A stretch of DNA of 43,260 nt from Oscillospiraceae bacterium (GCA_902803075.1 CADCOJ010000077.1:1-43260), one strand, 5' to 3'. Shown: positions 8,858-17,076, counted from the stretch's first letter. Made by a program: numbers and translations. The notes: generated from the sequence alone by a model not told the origin.

Positions 8858-9025
8858 CTCCGTTTTCCCGCCTGAGAGATTCCCCGGTTTACCGGGTTGC
8901 ACCTTCGGCGTACGGCCTGCTGCCGCACTCTTCGGAGCATCGTCCTGGCCCGATCCTTTTTGCCTGAGAGATTTTGCATTCCCCTTCGGCGCTGCGCAAG
9001 GCAGACTCTCCCGGGTCGATCATCC
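8858..9025 (-). promoter_or_regulatory. Tandem glycine riboswitch (two aptamers)
   Basis: Minus strand GGATGA leader, GGAGAG...CGCCGAAGGGG...AATCTCTCAGGCAAAAAGGA, linker GGACG, then CTCCGAAGAG...CGCCGAAGGTGCAA...AATCTCTCAGG...ACGGAG; upstream of gcvT. Confidence 0.95.
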
Positions 9026-9069
9026 GATACCTGTTCAGTTTTAAGCGAGAGCATTCTGTATCTGACTTA

Positions 9070-9099
9070 AAGCTATCACGCAGGGACGCAGGTTGTCAA
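9070..9099 (-). promoter_or_regulatory. Putative sigma-A promoter of the gcv leader
   Basis: TTGACA-N18-TAGCTT about 45 nt upstream of aptamer 1. Confidence 0.5.
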
Positions 9100-9132
9100 G
9101 TGATTTTTTCAGGTTCCGGGAAATATGGATAA

Positions 9133-9165
9133 CAGGGCATCTAACGTGCTCCGATAGATGCCCTG
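9133..9165 (-). terminator. Stem-loop downstream of the CDF gene
   Basis: 11-bp stem cagggcatcta / tagatgccctg. Confidence 0.6.
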
Positions 9166-9173
9166 CAAGTGGA

Positions 9174-10274
9174 TCAGTCGCTGAAATCAGAGTCGAGGAT
9201 CGGGTCGAAATGATACGCCGGATATGCCGCCTTCATCATCTCTACGACCTTGCTCTCAATTGCTTTTTCGTCCGTGCCGAAGCTGACGATCAGGTCAAAC
9301 ATGACGTGCTTCTCCTTCTCGTCGCAGTAAAAGCCGTGCATCTGCTGGACCTCGGGATACTGTGCGCAGATTTGCTCAAGTGTTGAGCGGATAGACGCGG
9401 ACGGCTCCGAGGAGTCGTTCCGGGCATAGATACCGACTGTCAGGATCACACCGAATTCGCTGAAAATGCGCGTGCTGATCGCACGAGTGAGCCGATGCAG
9501 CTGCCGGGCGTCCATGGTATCTGCGACCTCGATGTGCGCTGAGCCGATGATCTGCGTCGGCCCGTAGTAATTGAGCGTCAGATCAAAAACATCACCGACG
9601 CCCTCAAAGGATCGGATGGCCTGCTTGATCTTTCCGGCGAGTTCGGCGTCGGTACGTGTGCCGATCACGGTATCGAGCGCTTCAATGAGCAGCTCAACAC
9701 CGCTCTTGATGATCAGCAGCGCAATTACAAGGCCAATATATCCCTCAATATTCCAGTGGAGGAAGATGCTGACCAATGCGCCGGCCAGCGTTCCAAGCGA
9801 AACCAGCGCGTCATTCTGCGCGTCCGCGCCGGAGGCCACCAGGGAATTCGCCTGGACACGGTGCCCGATCGAGCGCACATATCGCCCAAACAGATATTTG
9901 ACCACGACGGCTACGGCAATCACGAGAAGCATGACCGTACTGTATTCGGCGGCAGACGGATGGAGGATCTTTTCCACGGATTCTTTTGCTGCAGCAACGC
10001 CGGCCAGAAGGACAATGACGGCAATGACGACCGAAACCAGATATTCGATCCGCCCGTATCCGTAGGGGTGCCTCTTGTCCGGCTTGCGCGCTGAAAGCTT
10101 TGCACCGAGAATGGTGATTGCGGAGGACAGCGCGTCGCTGAGATTGTTGACAGCGTCCAAAATGATGGCAACAGAGCCGGACAGCAGCCCGACAATCATT
10201 TTGAACAGAACAAGGACCAAGTTGACACCGATGCCCAGAAAACTTGTACGTATGATCGTTTTTGACCGGTCCAT
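9174..10274 (-). CDS. Cation diffusion facilitator (CDF) family transporter
   Basis: DAVNNLSD, KPDKRHPYGYGRIEY, DAQND, TM helices and duplicated C-terminal cytosolic domain; ATG 10274 after AAGGTG. Confidence 0.9.
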   Translation of the reverse strand: MDRSKTIIRTSFLGIGVNLVLVLFKMIVGLLSGSVAIILDAVNNLSDALSSAITILGAKLSARKPDKRHPYGYGRIEYLVSVVIAVIVLLAGVAAAKESVEKILHPSAAEYSTVMLLVIAVAVVVKYLFGRYVRSIGHRVQANSLVASGADAQNDALVSLGTLAGALVSIFLHWNIEGYIGLVIALLIIKSGVELLIEALDTVIGTRTDAELAGKIKQAIRSFEGVGDVFDLTLNYYGPTQIIGSAHIEVADTMDARQLHRLTRAISTRIFSEFGVILTVGIYARNDSSEPSASIRSTLEQICAQYPEVQQMHGFYCDEKEKHVMFDLIVSFGTDEKAIESKVVEMMKAAYPAYHFDPILDSDFSD

Positions 10275-10371
10275 GTTTCTCACACCTTTCATGTAGATTT
10301 TATACAATATAATTTTACAAAATTAAAACGAATTGTCAAGTGCAAAGTTTGTGCGGACGGCTCTGCCTGGA

Positions 10372-10400
10372 TTGACTTCCGAAAAGGGTGGGACTATAAT
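10372..10400 (+). promoter_or_regulatory. sigma-A promoter of hydA
   Basis: TTGACT-N17-TATAAT. Confidence 0.75.
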
Positions 10401-10427
10401 CAAAGAAAAAGAAAGGAAGCGCTTGTG

Positions 10428-11801
10428 ATGAAAACACTGCTCAAGGGCGGCACCATCGTCTCCAGCGGCGGCTCGCGCAGGGCGGATCTGCTGATTGAGG
10501 GCGAGACCATCGCCGCTGTCGCGCCTGCCATTGATCCAGATGGATGCGAAGTTGTCCATGTGGAAGGAAAGCTCCTGTTTCCTGGCTTTATTGACGCACA
10601 CACCCACTTTGATCTGGATGTCTGCAACACGACAACGGCAGACGATTTCAGTTCCGGCACGAAAAGTGCAGTCTGCGGCGGGACGACCACAGTTATTGAC
10701 TTTGCCTGCCCGAACAAGGGAGAATCGCTTCAATACGGCCTGAAGCTCTGGCATACAAAAGCGGACGGACGGTCCTCGTGCGACTATGGCTTCCACATGA
10801 CGATCGACGACTGGAACGAAACGATTCGTGCGCAGATCCCCCAGATGCTTGAAGCCGGCATCCCGTCGTTCAAAATGTATATGACCTATCCCGCCATGAT
10901 GATCGGTGACAAGGATCTGTTCCTTGCATTGAAGGAGCTGCACAAATATGGCGCCATCGCCGGTGTACACTGCGAGAATGCCGGCATTATCGACGCACTG
11001 ATCGAGGAGCATAAGACTGCCGGACTGACCGGGCCGTCCTCTCATCCGCTCTGCCGTCCGAATCCGGTGGAGGCGGAGGCTGTTGCGCACCTGCTCCGTA
11101 TTGCGGAGGTCGCGGAAACGCCGGTCATCATCGTCCATCTCAGCACCAGGCAGGCGCATGCCGAGGTATTGACAGCCAGGGCGCGCGGACAGAAGGTCTA
11201 TGTTGAGACCTGCCCGCATTATCTGCTTTTGGATGACAGCGTGTATTTCCAGGAAGACTATTCCGCAGCCGCGCGTTTTGTCTGCGCGCCGCCGATCCGC
11301 AAGAAAGCGGATGCGGAAATGCTTTGGCAGGCGCTTGCCGACGGAACGATCCAGACAGTCAGCACCGACCACTGCAGTTTCACGCTTGCACAGAAAGATG
11401 CCGGCAGGGGAGACTTCACAAAGATTCCGGGCGGACTTCCAGGTGTGGAGACACGGGGGATCTTGATGTACTCGTGCGGCGTCGCAGCGGGAAAAATCAC
11501 GCAGGAGCAGATGTGCAGTCTCCTGAGTGAAAATGCCGCCAAGCTCTATGGCGCGTATCCGCGCAAGGGCGTTCTGCAGCCGGGGAGCGACGCGGACATC
11601 GTTGTCCTTGATCCAGCCCGGGAAGGCGTCATCTCCGCATCAGATCAGCATTCGGCTGCCGGCTATACGCCGTATGAGGGGCTTCGGACCCGCGGTGTCA
11701 TTGAGCAGGTGTACCTTCGGGGAAAGCTTACCGTTCAGGATGGCACCCTGCTCCGGCAGAACCGTGGGATCTATATCCCGCGCCGTCCGGGAACGCTCTG
11801 A
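10428..11801 (+). CDS. hydA: Dihydropyrimidinase / D-hydantoinase (amidohydrolase)
   Basis: PGFIDAHTH, GGTTTVID, SFKMYMTY (carbamylated Lys), VHCEN, ETCPHYL, STDHC, IPGGLPGVE, GSDADIV. Confidence 0.93.
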   Translation: MKTLLKGGTIVSSGGSRRADLLIEGETIAAVAPAIDPDGCEVVHVEGKLLFPGFIDAHTHFDLDVCNTTTADDFSSGTKSAVCGGTTTVIDFACPNKGESLQYGLKLWHTKADGRSSCDYGFHMTIDDWNETIRAQIPQMLEAGIPSFKMYMTYPAMMIGDKDLFLALKELHKYGAIAGVHCENAGIIDALIEEHKTAGLTGPSSHPLCRPNPVEAEAVAHLLRIAEVAETPVIIVHLSTRQAHAEVLTARARGQKVYVETCPHYLLLDDSVYFQEDYSAAARFVCAPPIRKKADAEMLWQALADGTIQTVSTDHCSFTLAQKDAGRGDFTKIPGGLPGVETRGILMYSCGVAAGKITQEQMCSLLSENAAKLYGAYPRKGVLQPGSDADIVVLDPAREGVISASDQHSAAGYTPYEGLRTRGVIEQVYLRGKLTVQDGTLLRQNRGIYIPRRPGTL

Positions 11802-11810
11802 ACAGCATCA

Positions 11811-11847
11811 AAATGTGGCTGAAGATCGTTTATCTTCAGCCACATTT
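11811..11847. terminator. Bidirectional terminator
   Basis: 16-bp perfect stem aaatgtggctgaagat / atcttcagccacattt between convergent genes. Confidence 0.85.
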
Positions 11848-11850
11848 GCA

Positions 11851-12084
11851 TCATTCTTCATCCTGGATGAACGGGCGCAGAAGCATCATATCTTCCCGAT
11901 TGTTTGCATACAGTTCCAGTTTCCCGCTCCGTTCGTGAAGCAGCCGTCCGAGCGCGATATACTCGCTCAGCGAGCTTTTCAGATTGAACACGTCGCCTTC
12001 ACTGCTTTTGAGGAATACGTCACCGTTGCACGCGCGAATTGCAGCGCGGAACGACTCTACGTCAATGTTTTGCTTTAAATTCAT
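11851..12084 (-). CDS. Small HPr-fold-like protein (77 aa)
   Basis: GGAGG RBS; F..AI..C.GDVFL....DVFNLKS matches the HPr beta strand / NxKS(Ser46) region; no His15 motif. Confidence 0.7.
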   Translation of the reverse strand: MNLKQNIDVESFRAAIRACNGDVFLKSSEGDVFNLKSSLSEYIALGRLLHERSGKLELYANNREDMMLLRPFIQDEE

Positions 12085-12124
12085 AGTGACCTCCGATCAG
12101 GGTATCTAAAAAACATCTGTCCGG

Positions 12125-12598
12125 TCAGGACTGAGGCGCTTCATAGCTCCGGAGTCTGACATGCGCGGCACGGGCATTGACCGCGCCTGGCGCAAGAAAA
12201 CGGGTGGTGTCGTCTGCAAGGATCAGAACAATCTCATCAAAGCCTTTCCCCGCAAACACCGCCGAAACAGGGGCGCTGTCCGGAATCTTTCCCGCCCAGC
12301 TACCATCCCTCCTGACAAACTGGAGCGTGAAAGGTTCAGAACCGTCGATACTGAGTGTACCGACAAATGTTGCGGCGGAAAACACCGTTCGCCTCAGTGT
12401 TCCATTCAGCATCAGTGTGTGCGTGATGCCGGCTGTGAGATCTTCCGTACAGTATTCCGGAGTTTCCTCCTCGATTGTAACGACCTTTACATTCGGCGTA
12501 ACCAGGAGCAGGGCAAGATTCAGAATCAGCACTACAACGGCAGCGCCAAACACAAGATTCCGATGCTTGGCAAACCAGTTTTCACTCTCAGGATTCAT
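12125..12598 (-). CDS. Hypothetical membrane-anchored protein
   Basis: One N-terminal TM helix followed by a beta-rich region; GGGAG RBS before ATG 12598. Confidence 0.7.
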   Translation of the reverse strand: MNPESENWFAKHRNLVFGAAVVVLILNLALLLVTPNVKVVTIEEETPEYCTEDLTAGITHTLMLNGTLRRTVFSAATFVGTLSIDGSEPFTLQFVRRDGSWAGKIPDSAPVSAVFAGKGFDEIVLILADDTTRFLAPGAVNARAAHVRLRSYEAPQS

Positions 12599-12669
12599 AG
12601 CGACAGCTCCCAACGTGAAATATATGCAGAAAAGCGGCGGATATTCAGAAAAACTTCAGAATTGACCGC

Positions 12670-12697
12670 TTGCATTTTCCATGGACGCAGGTATAAT
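12670..12697 (+). promoter_or_regulatory. sigma-A-like promoter with no downstream CDS
   Basis: TTGCAT-N16-TATAAT. Confidence 0.55.
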
Positions 12698-12703
12698 AGA
12701 AAC

Positions 12704-12866
12704 AAATTGATGAAAATTTGATTACAAATTGATTCAATAATCCAACTTGGGACGGTGATGCGATGGGAGAAGCCCGGGATGCACACAAACAACCTGTTTC
12801 AAGATCAAACAACCATGCACAGATCCAGACAAAAGGCGCTGTACGGCACGTACAGCGCCTTATTTT
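12704..12866 (+). ncRNA. Candidate small RNA (~160 nt)
   Basis: Bracketed by the promoter at 12670-12697 and a hairpin with a plus-strand U tail; no credible ORF closes inside; internal repeats. Confidence 0.35.
12831..12866. terminator. Bidirectional terminator
   Basis: 13-bp stem aaggcgctgtacg / cgtacagcgcctt with A run before and T run after. Confidence 0.85.
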
Positions 12867-12878
12867 GTCGTACTTCGG

Positions 12879-13805
12879 TCACTCGGCGGCCACGTCGTCC
12901 AGAAGATGCTCGGGATAGATTCCTTCCTTGCGCATGGAAGCGATTGCCTCCACAACGGAGGGCAGATCCTTCTGGTAGGTCACGCCGTGCCATGCCTCGT
13001 CACAGTGGAGCACACGGACGCGGAGCGAGCCTTCGTGCAGCATCTCACCGACGGAAAACGGAAGCAGGTATTCGCATTTGAGCGGATTGGACGCGACGCT
13101 GCGGTCCAGGAATTCCGGGAAGCGATCCCAGAGCTTCTGGGCAAAACCGGGCATAAAGCCCCAGAAATTCATGGAAACAATGGTGTCGCCGGAGAGGGGA
13201 ACGAACGTTTCGCAGTCTTCGGTATAGGCGGCGTCATTGCCGTTCTTGAAGATCTTCAGGCGCTCGACCACATCGGTCAGATAGCCGTTTTCCTCGGTAC
13301 ACACACCGCGCGCGACAGATCCGAACTCCGTAAGCGTGTTGCGCAGCTTGTAGCCGACCATGGCGCAGGAATCGGCATGATTGTTGACCTTGAGCGCATC
13401 ATAGATGGTGGAGTATGCCGTGCGTCCGTAGAAATCGTCGGAGTTGATGACGGTGAACGGGCCGTTGAGCAGATGGCGGCAGCAGGCGATGGCATGGGAA
13501 GTGCCCCAGGGTTTCACGCGGCCTTCCGGGACTTCATAGCCCTCGGGAAGCTCGTCAAGCTCCTGATAGACGTAGTGAACTTCAAAGTATTTTTCAACAC
13601 GCTTGCCGATCGTCTCCTTGAATTGTTCCTCGATCGCATGCTTGATGATGAAGACCACGCGGCGGAATCCGGCGCGATATGCGTCGAAGAGAGAGTAGTC
13701 AATGATGAAGTGACCCTGGTCGTCAACCGGCGTCATTTGCTTGAGACCGCCAAATCGGCTGCCCATGCCGGCTGCCATAATTACGAGCGTAGGATTGTAT
13801 TGCAT
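12879..13805 (-). CDS. Sugar-phosphate nucleotidyltransferase family protein
   Basis: LVIMAAGMGSRFGGLKQ, KPWGTSHA, VINSDDFYG, SMNFWGF, WHGVTY. Confidence 0.88.
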   Translation of the reverse strand: MQYNPTLVIMAAGMGSRFGGLKQMTPVDDQGHFIIDYSLFDAYRAGFRRVVFIIKHAIEEQFKETIGKRVEKYFEVHYVYQELDELPEGYEVPEGRVKPWGTSHAIACCRHLLNGPFTVINSDDFYGRTAYSTIYDALKVNNHADSCAMVGYKLRNTLTEFGSVARGVCTEENGYLTDVVERLKIFKNGNDAAYTEDCETFVPLSGDTIVSMNFWGFMPGFAQKLWDRFPEFLDRSVASNPLKCEYLLPFSVGEMLHEGSLRVRVLHCDEAWHGVTYQKDLPSVVEAIASMRKEGIYPEHLLDDVAAE

Positions 13806-14013
13806 GATAGATCCTCCTGTGAGCGTTCAGAATGATACACGCGAACATGTTTTCCATTGCATTATACCGCATTTTCCAAAAAAAGCAATGGGGAGAACGA
13901 AAAGCGGACAGAATTCGCGCATTTTGCTTGATTGAAAGGCGCTGTTGGGCATTGGGGATGTGCGCTGTGTACATAGAGCGACTGCCGGCGAGAAAATATT
14001 TGCGGCAAAAGGC

Positions 14014-14042
14014 TTGACATTGTCTGTCTTTTTCATTATAAT
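14014..14042 (+). promoter_or_regulatory. Consensus sigma-A promoter of tRNA-Pro
   Basis: Perfect TTGACA-N17-TATAAT ending 11 nt before the tRNA. Confidence 0.9.
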
Positions 14043-14053
14043 ACTCAAGCCAA

Positions 14054-14130
14054 CGGGGTGTGGCGAAGTTTGGTATCGCGCTTGGTTCGGGACCAAGAGG
14101 CCTCGGGTTCAAATCCCGACACTCCGACCA
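14054..14130 (+). tRNA. tRNA-Pro(CGG)
   Basis: Acceptor cggggtg/cactccg, anticodon arm cttgg-tt-CGG-ga-ccaag, T arm tcggg-ttcaaat-cccga, encoded CCA, 77 nt. Confidence 0.97.
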
Positions 14131-14298
14131 CGTCGTCGCGGACTTTGTATCGTTCGCGACGGCGTTTTCTTTTTCAAAGCAAACGCCATCTCTCACTCAC
14201 TCCGTCGCTCCTCCTCTCCAAATCGAACCCGCTTCGCTGGGCTTCGATTTGGTTTATGAGAACGGAGGACTTCAAGTCCCATAATTTCACTCCGACCA
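14131..14298. mobile_element. Miniature structured insert at the tRNA-Pro 3' end, closed by a duplicated tRNA 3' end
   Basis: Direct repeat cactccgacca at 14120-14130 and 14288-14298; degenerate T arm ggac-ttcaa-gtcc at 14267-14279; several internal hairpins; no ORF. Confidence 0.55.
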
Positions 14299-14334
14299 AG
14301 CCGCTGCGGACTGTGTTCCGCAGCGGCTTTTTTC
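14298..14334 (+). terminator. Intrinsic terminator after the duplicated tRNA end
   Basis: 13-bp stem aagccgctgcgga / tccgcagcggctt plus T run. Confidence 0.85.
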
Positions 14335-14415
14335 ATATCTGATTCGGCGGAAAAAAGACTTCGATCATGTTCTGATCGAAGTCTTTTGGGATTCTCGGGA
14401 CCCGCGGCTCCGGAG

Positions 14416-15828
14416 CTATTGCTGATCCCGGTATGCCTTCAATCCGGCGCGGCCCTCTTCCGTAACCGGCTTTAACCAGCGGCGTGTTTTCAGGTGAAGC
14501 AGGCAAAGGATCGCCTTCGGAATGTCCTCTGCCAGATAAGCGACAATCACGACGCCCAGGAAGGGCAAATGCAGCAGCCGATCCGCTGCAAACGCAAGCG
14601 GGATCGAAAACAACCAGAGACTGCCAAGATCGATGAGCATCCCGGTCAGCGTATCGCCGCCGGAGCGGAACACGCCAACGACCTGGACATACGAGATATT
14701 CCGCATCCAGCTTTCTGCCGAGCAGAACACTGTGACCGCAAGCGCAGTTGTAATCGTAAGGACAGACAGGCTCTCGCCGGCCGAGAAGATGGATACAAGC
14801 TGGTGGCGAAGCAGGATCATAATCCCACCGATCACAAGGCCGACAGCCGGCATCAGGAATGAAAACCGCTCTGCATCGTCCACTGCGCGGGAGATCTTTC
14901 CCTGTCCGACGGACTTTCCGACCATAATGACGCAAGCGTTCCCAAGCCCAACATAGAACGCAAATGCAAGTTCGGCAAAGGTTTTGTAGATGGTCATGCC
15001 TGCATAGTATTCGTAGCCCATATTTGAGTAGATGCTGTTGAGCGTCAGGATCCCGGCCGCCCAGAGACCTTCGTTGAGCATGACGGGCATCGCGCGGGAA
15101 AAAAATGCGCTGAGATCATGCATGGAAAACTTCAGCAGGTCCGAGAGCTTTCCGGCAAGCATGTTCTTCTCTGCAAATGAGCAGATCAGCAGCAGGACCG
15201 GTCCGAGCCAGGAGGAAATGCACGTTGCAATGGCAGCGCCGGCGATGCCGAGCCGCGGCATGCCGAACGCACCGAAGATGAGCACATAGTTTGCTGCCGC
15301 ATTCACAAGCGTCGTCACCATGGAGACATACATCGGCAGTTTGACGCGCTCCGTGTTCCGAAGAAGCGTGGAGAGAACGTTCGTGAGCATAACGGCAGGG
15401 TAGGAGAAGCAAACGATGGTCAGATATCTGCAGCCGCTCGCAACAACGGCAGGGTCCCGGTTGAACACATGCAGCACACCCTCCGGCGCAGCCAGAGCCA
15501 GGAACATGAACATGCAGCTGACGGTCATTCCGGAGATCAGCGTCATGCCAAGTGTGCGGCGAATACCGCGCAGGTCGCGGATCCCCCAATACTGCGAGAC
15601 AAAGACGCTCATTCCGGAGCAAAGACCGAAGGTCAGAAGCGCGCTGAACCAGCCAAGTTGGGAGGCCATTCCCACTGAGGAGAGAGCCACATCCCCGAGA
15701 CGGGAAACCATCATTGTATCGACAAGCTGGAACGAGCTTGTCAGGACATTCTGGATCGCAACGGGAAGCGCCAGCCTGAGCGCGACTTTCCAGAAGTTCC
15801 GATCTTTGATCAGGTAATGATATTTCAT
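14416..15828 (-). CDS. MATE family efflux transporter
   Basis: LALPVAIQN...VDTMMVSRLG, SQYWG, NYVLIFGAFGMPRLGIAGAAIAT, GVFRSGGDT; about 12 TM segments. Confidence 0.93.
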   Translation of the reverse strand: MKYHYLIKDRNFWKVALRLALPVAIQNVLTSSFQLVDTMMVSRLGDVALSSVGMASQLGWFSALLTFGLCSGMSVFVSQYWGIRDLRGIRRTLGMTLISGMTVSCMFMFLALAAPEGVLHVFNRDPAVVASGCRYLTIVCFSYPAVMLTNVLSTLLRNTERVKLPMYVSMVTTLVNAAANYVLIFGAFGMPRLGIAGAAIATCISSWLGPVLLLICSFAEKNMLAGKLSDLLKFSMHDLSAFFSRAMPVMLNEGLWAAGILTLNSIYSNMGYEYYAGMTIYKTFAELAFAFYVGLGNACVIMVGKSVGQGKISRAVDDAERFSFLMPAVGLVIGGIMILLRHQLVSIFSAGESLSVLTITTALAVTVFCSAESWMRNISYVQVVGVFRSGGDTLTGMLIDLGSLWLFSIPLAFAADRLLHLPFLGVVIVAYLAEDIPKAILCLLHLKTRRWLKPVTEEGRAGLKAYRDQQ

Positions 15829-15849
15829 AGAGACTCCAAAGGATAGAAA

Positions 15850-15874
15850 TGGGGATGCCGATCCGGCATCCCCA
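15850..15874 (-). terminator. Terminator after pta
   Basis: 11-bp stem tggggatgccg / cggcatcccca, TTTC tail on minus strand. Confidence 0.7.
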
Positions 15875-15912
15875 CGAAGTTTTGATACGGTCGCGTGAGT
15901 GACCGATGCGTC

Positions 15913-16929
15913 TCAGGCCATTCCGGCCGTGATGATTGCCATTTTATAGACTTCTTCTGCATTGCAGCCGCGGGAGAGATCATTGATCGGGGCGTTCAGA
16001 CCCTGCAGGATGGGGCCGTATGCTTCAAAGCCACCAAGACGCTGCGCGATCTTGTAGCCGATGTTGCCGGCCTCGATGCACGGGAAAATGAAGGTGTTGG
16101 CATAGCCCGCAACCTTGCTGCCCGGGAACTTGAGCTGGCCGACAACAGGGGAGACAGCAGCGTCGAACTGCATTTCGCCGTCGATGGCAAGCTCAGGAGC
16201 GAGCTTCTGAGCCTCAATGGTCGCATCATGGCTGAGCTGGACTGTGCCGCCCTTGCCGGAGCCCTTTGTGGAGAACGAGAGCAAGGCGACCTTCGGATCG
16301 ATGCCGAAGAACGCAGCCGTGCGCGCGGACTCAACGGCAACCTCAGCGAGCTTCTGTGCAGCCGTAAAAGTCACAGCGCCGGTCGCCTTGTCTACGGTGT
16401 CCTGATAATCGATATTGATGGCGCAGTCGCCCATACAGTACTTTTCGTCTTTGCCGTCTTTATCCTTGCGGAACAGGATGAACGAAGAGGAAACCAGGTG
16501 CGCGCCTTTTCTTGTCTTGACAAGCTGCAGAGCCGGGCGGACCGTGTCAGCCGTGGAATAGGTTGCGCCGCCGAGCAGTGCGTCCGCTTGGCCGAGCTTG
16601 ACCAGCATTGTGCCGAAGTAATTGCCCTTGGCCAGCGCCGCACGGCATTCTTCTTCGGTCATCTTGCCCTTGCGCAGTTCGACCATTTTTGCTACCATCG
16701 CATCCATCTCCGGGTAGGTCGCCGGATCGATGATTCGGGCGCGGGAAATATCAAAATTGCCTTTTTTCGCCGCTGCTTTCACTTCGTCTTCATTGCCGAT
16801 CAGGATGACGTCCATCAGATCCTCACGAAGCAGACGATCTGCTGCTTCCAGGATTCTTGCATCGGGGCCTTCGGTGAACACGATGGTGCGGCGAGTGGCT
16901 TTCAGTGCATCCAGCAGTTTGGTAAACAT
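15913..16929 (-). CDS. pta: Phosphate acetyltransferase
   Basis: IVFTEG, STADTVRPALQ, VSSSF, DCAIN, VALLSFSTKGS, DGEMQFDAA, AGNIGYKIAQR, GPILQG, NDLSRGC. Confidence 0.95.
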   Translation of the reverse strand: MFTKLLDALKATRRTIVFTEGPDARILEAADRLLREDLMDVILIGNEDEVKAAAKKGNFDISRARIIDPATYPEMDAMVAKMVELRKGKMTEEECRAALAKGNYFGTMLVKLGQADALLGGATYSTADTVRPALQLVKTRKGAHLVSSSFILFRKDKDGKDEKYCMGDCAINIDYQDTVDKATGAVTFTAAQKLAEVAVESARTAAFFGIDPKVALLSFSTKGSGKGGTVQLSHDATIEAQKLAPELAIDGEMQFDAAVSPVVGQLKFPGSKVAGYANTFIFPCIEAGNIGYKIAQRLGGFEAYGPILQGLNAPINDLSRGCNAEEVYKMAIITAGMA

Positions 16930-17040
16930 GATGTGACTCCCTCCATTTTTGCGGTTGCCCACAATAATCTATGGTAAATTATACAACGATTCCCGGCACA
17001 AGACAACAGGTTTCTCAAAAAATCTTTCTATTCATAACGC

Positions 17041-17072
17041 GTCCCGGCTGGAAACAGCATTCCAGCCGGGGC
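17041..17072 (-). terminator. Stem-loop after the ModE-like gene
   Basis: gtcccggctggaa / ttccagccggggc inverted repeat. Confidence 0.6.
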
Positions 17073-17076
17073 TCGT

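Noticed and set aside
8776-9054. 93-aa N-terminal extension of the 975-aa ORF
   Set aside because: It spans the glycine riboswitch and terminator; GcvT homology and the RBS begin at ATG 8775
12702-12821. Short repeats considered as a CRISPR remnant
   Set aside because: Units are 9-11 bp without spacers of CRISPR length and no cas genes are present
12755-13081. 108-aa plus-strand ORF starting in the candidate sRNA
   Set aside because: Runs through a strong terminator and antisense into the nucleotidyltransferase
13723-14342. ORFs overlapping the tRNA-Pro region
   Set aside because: Translations of tRNA, promoter and hairpin sequence
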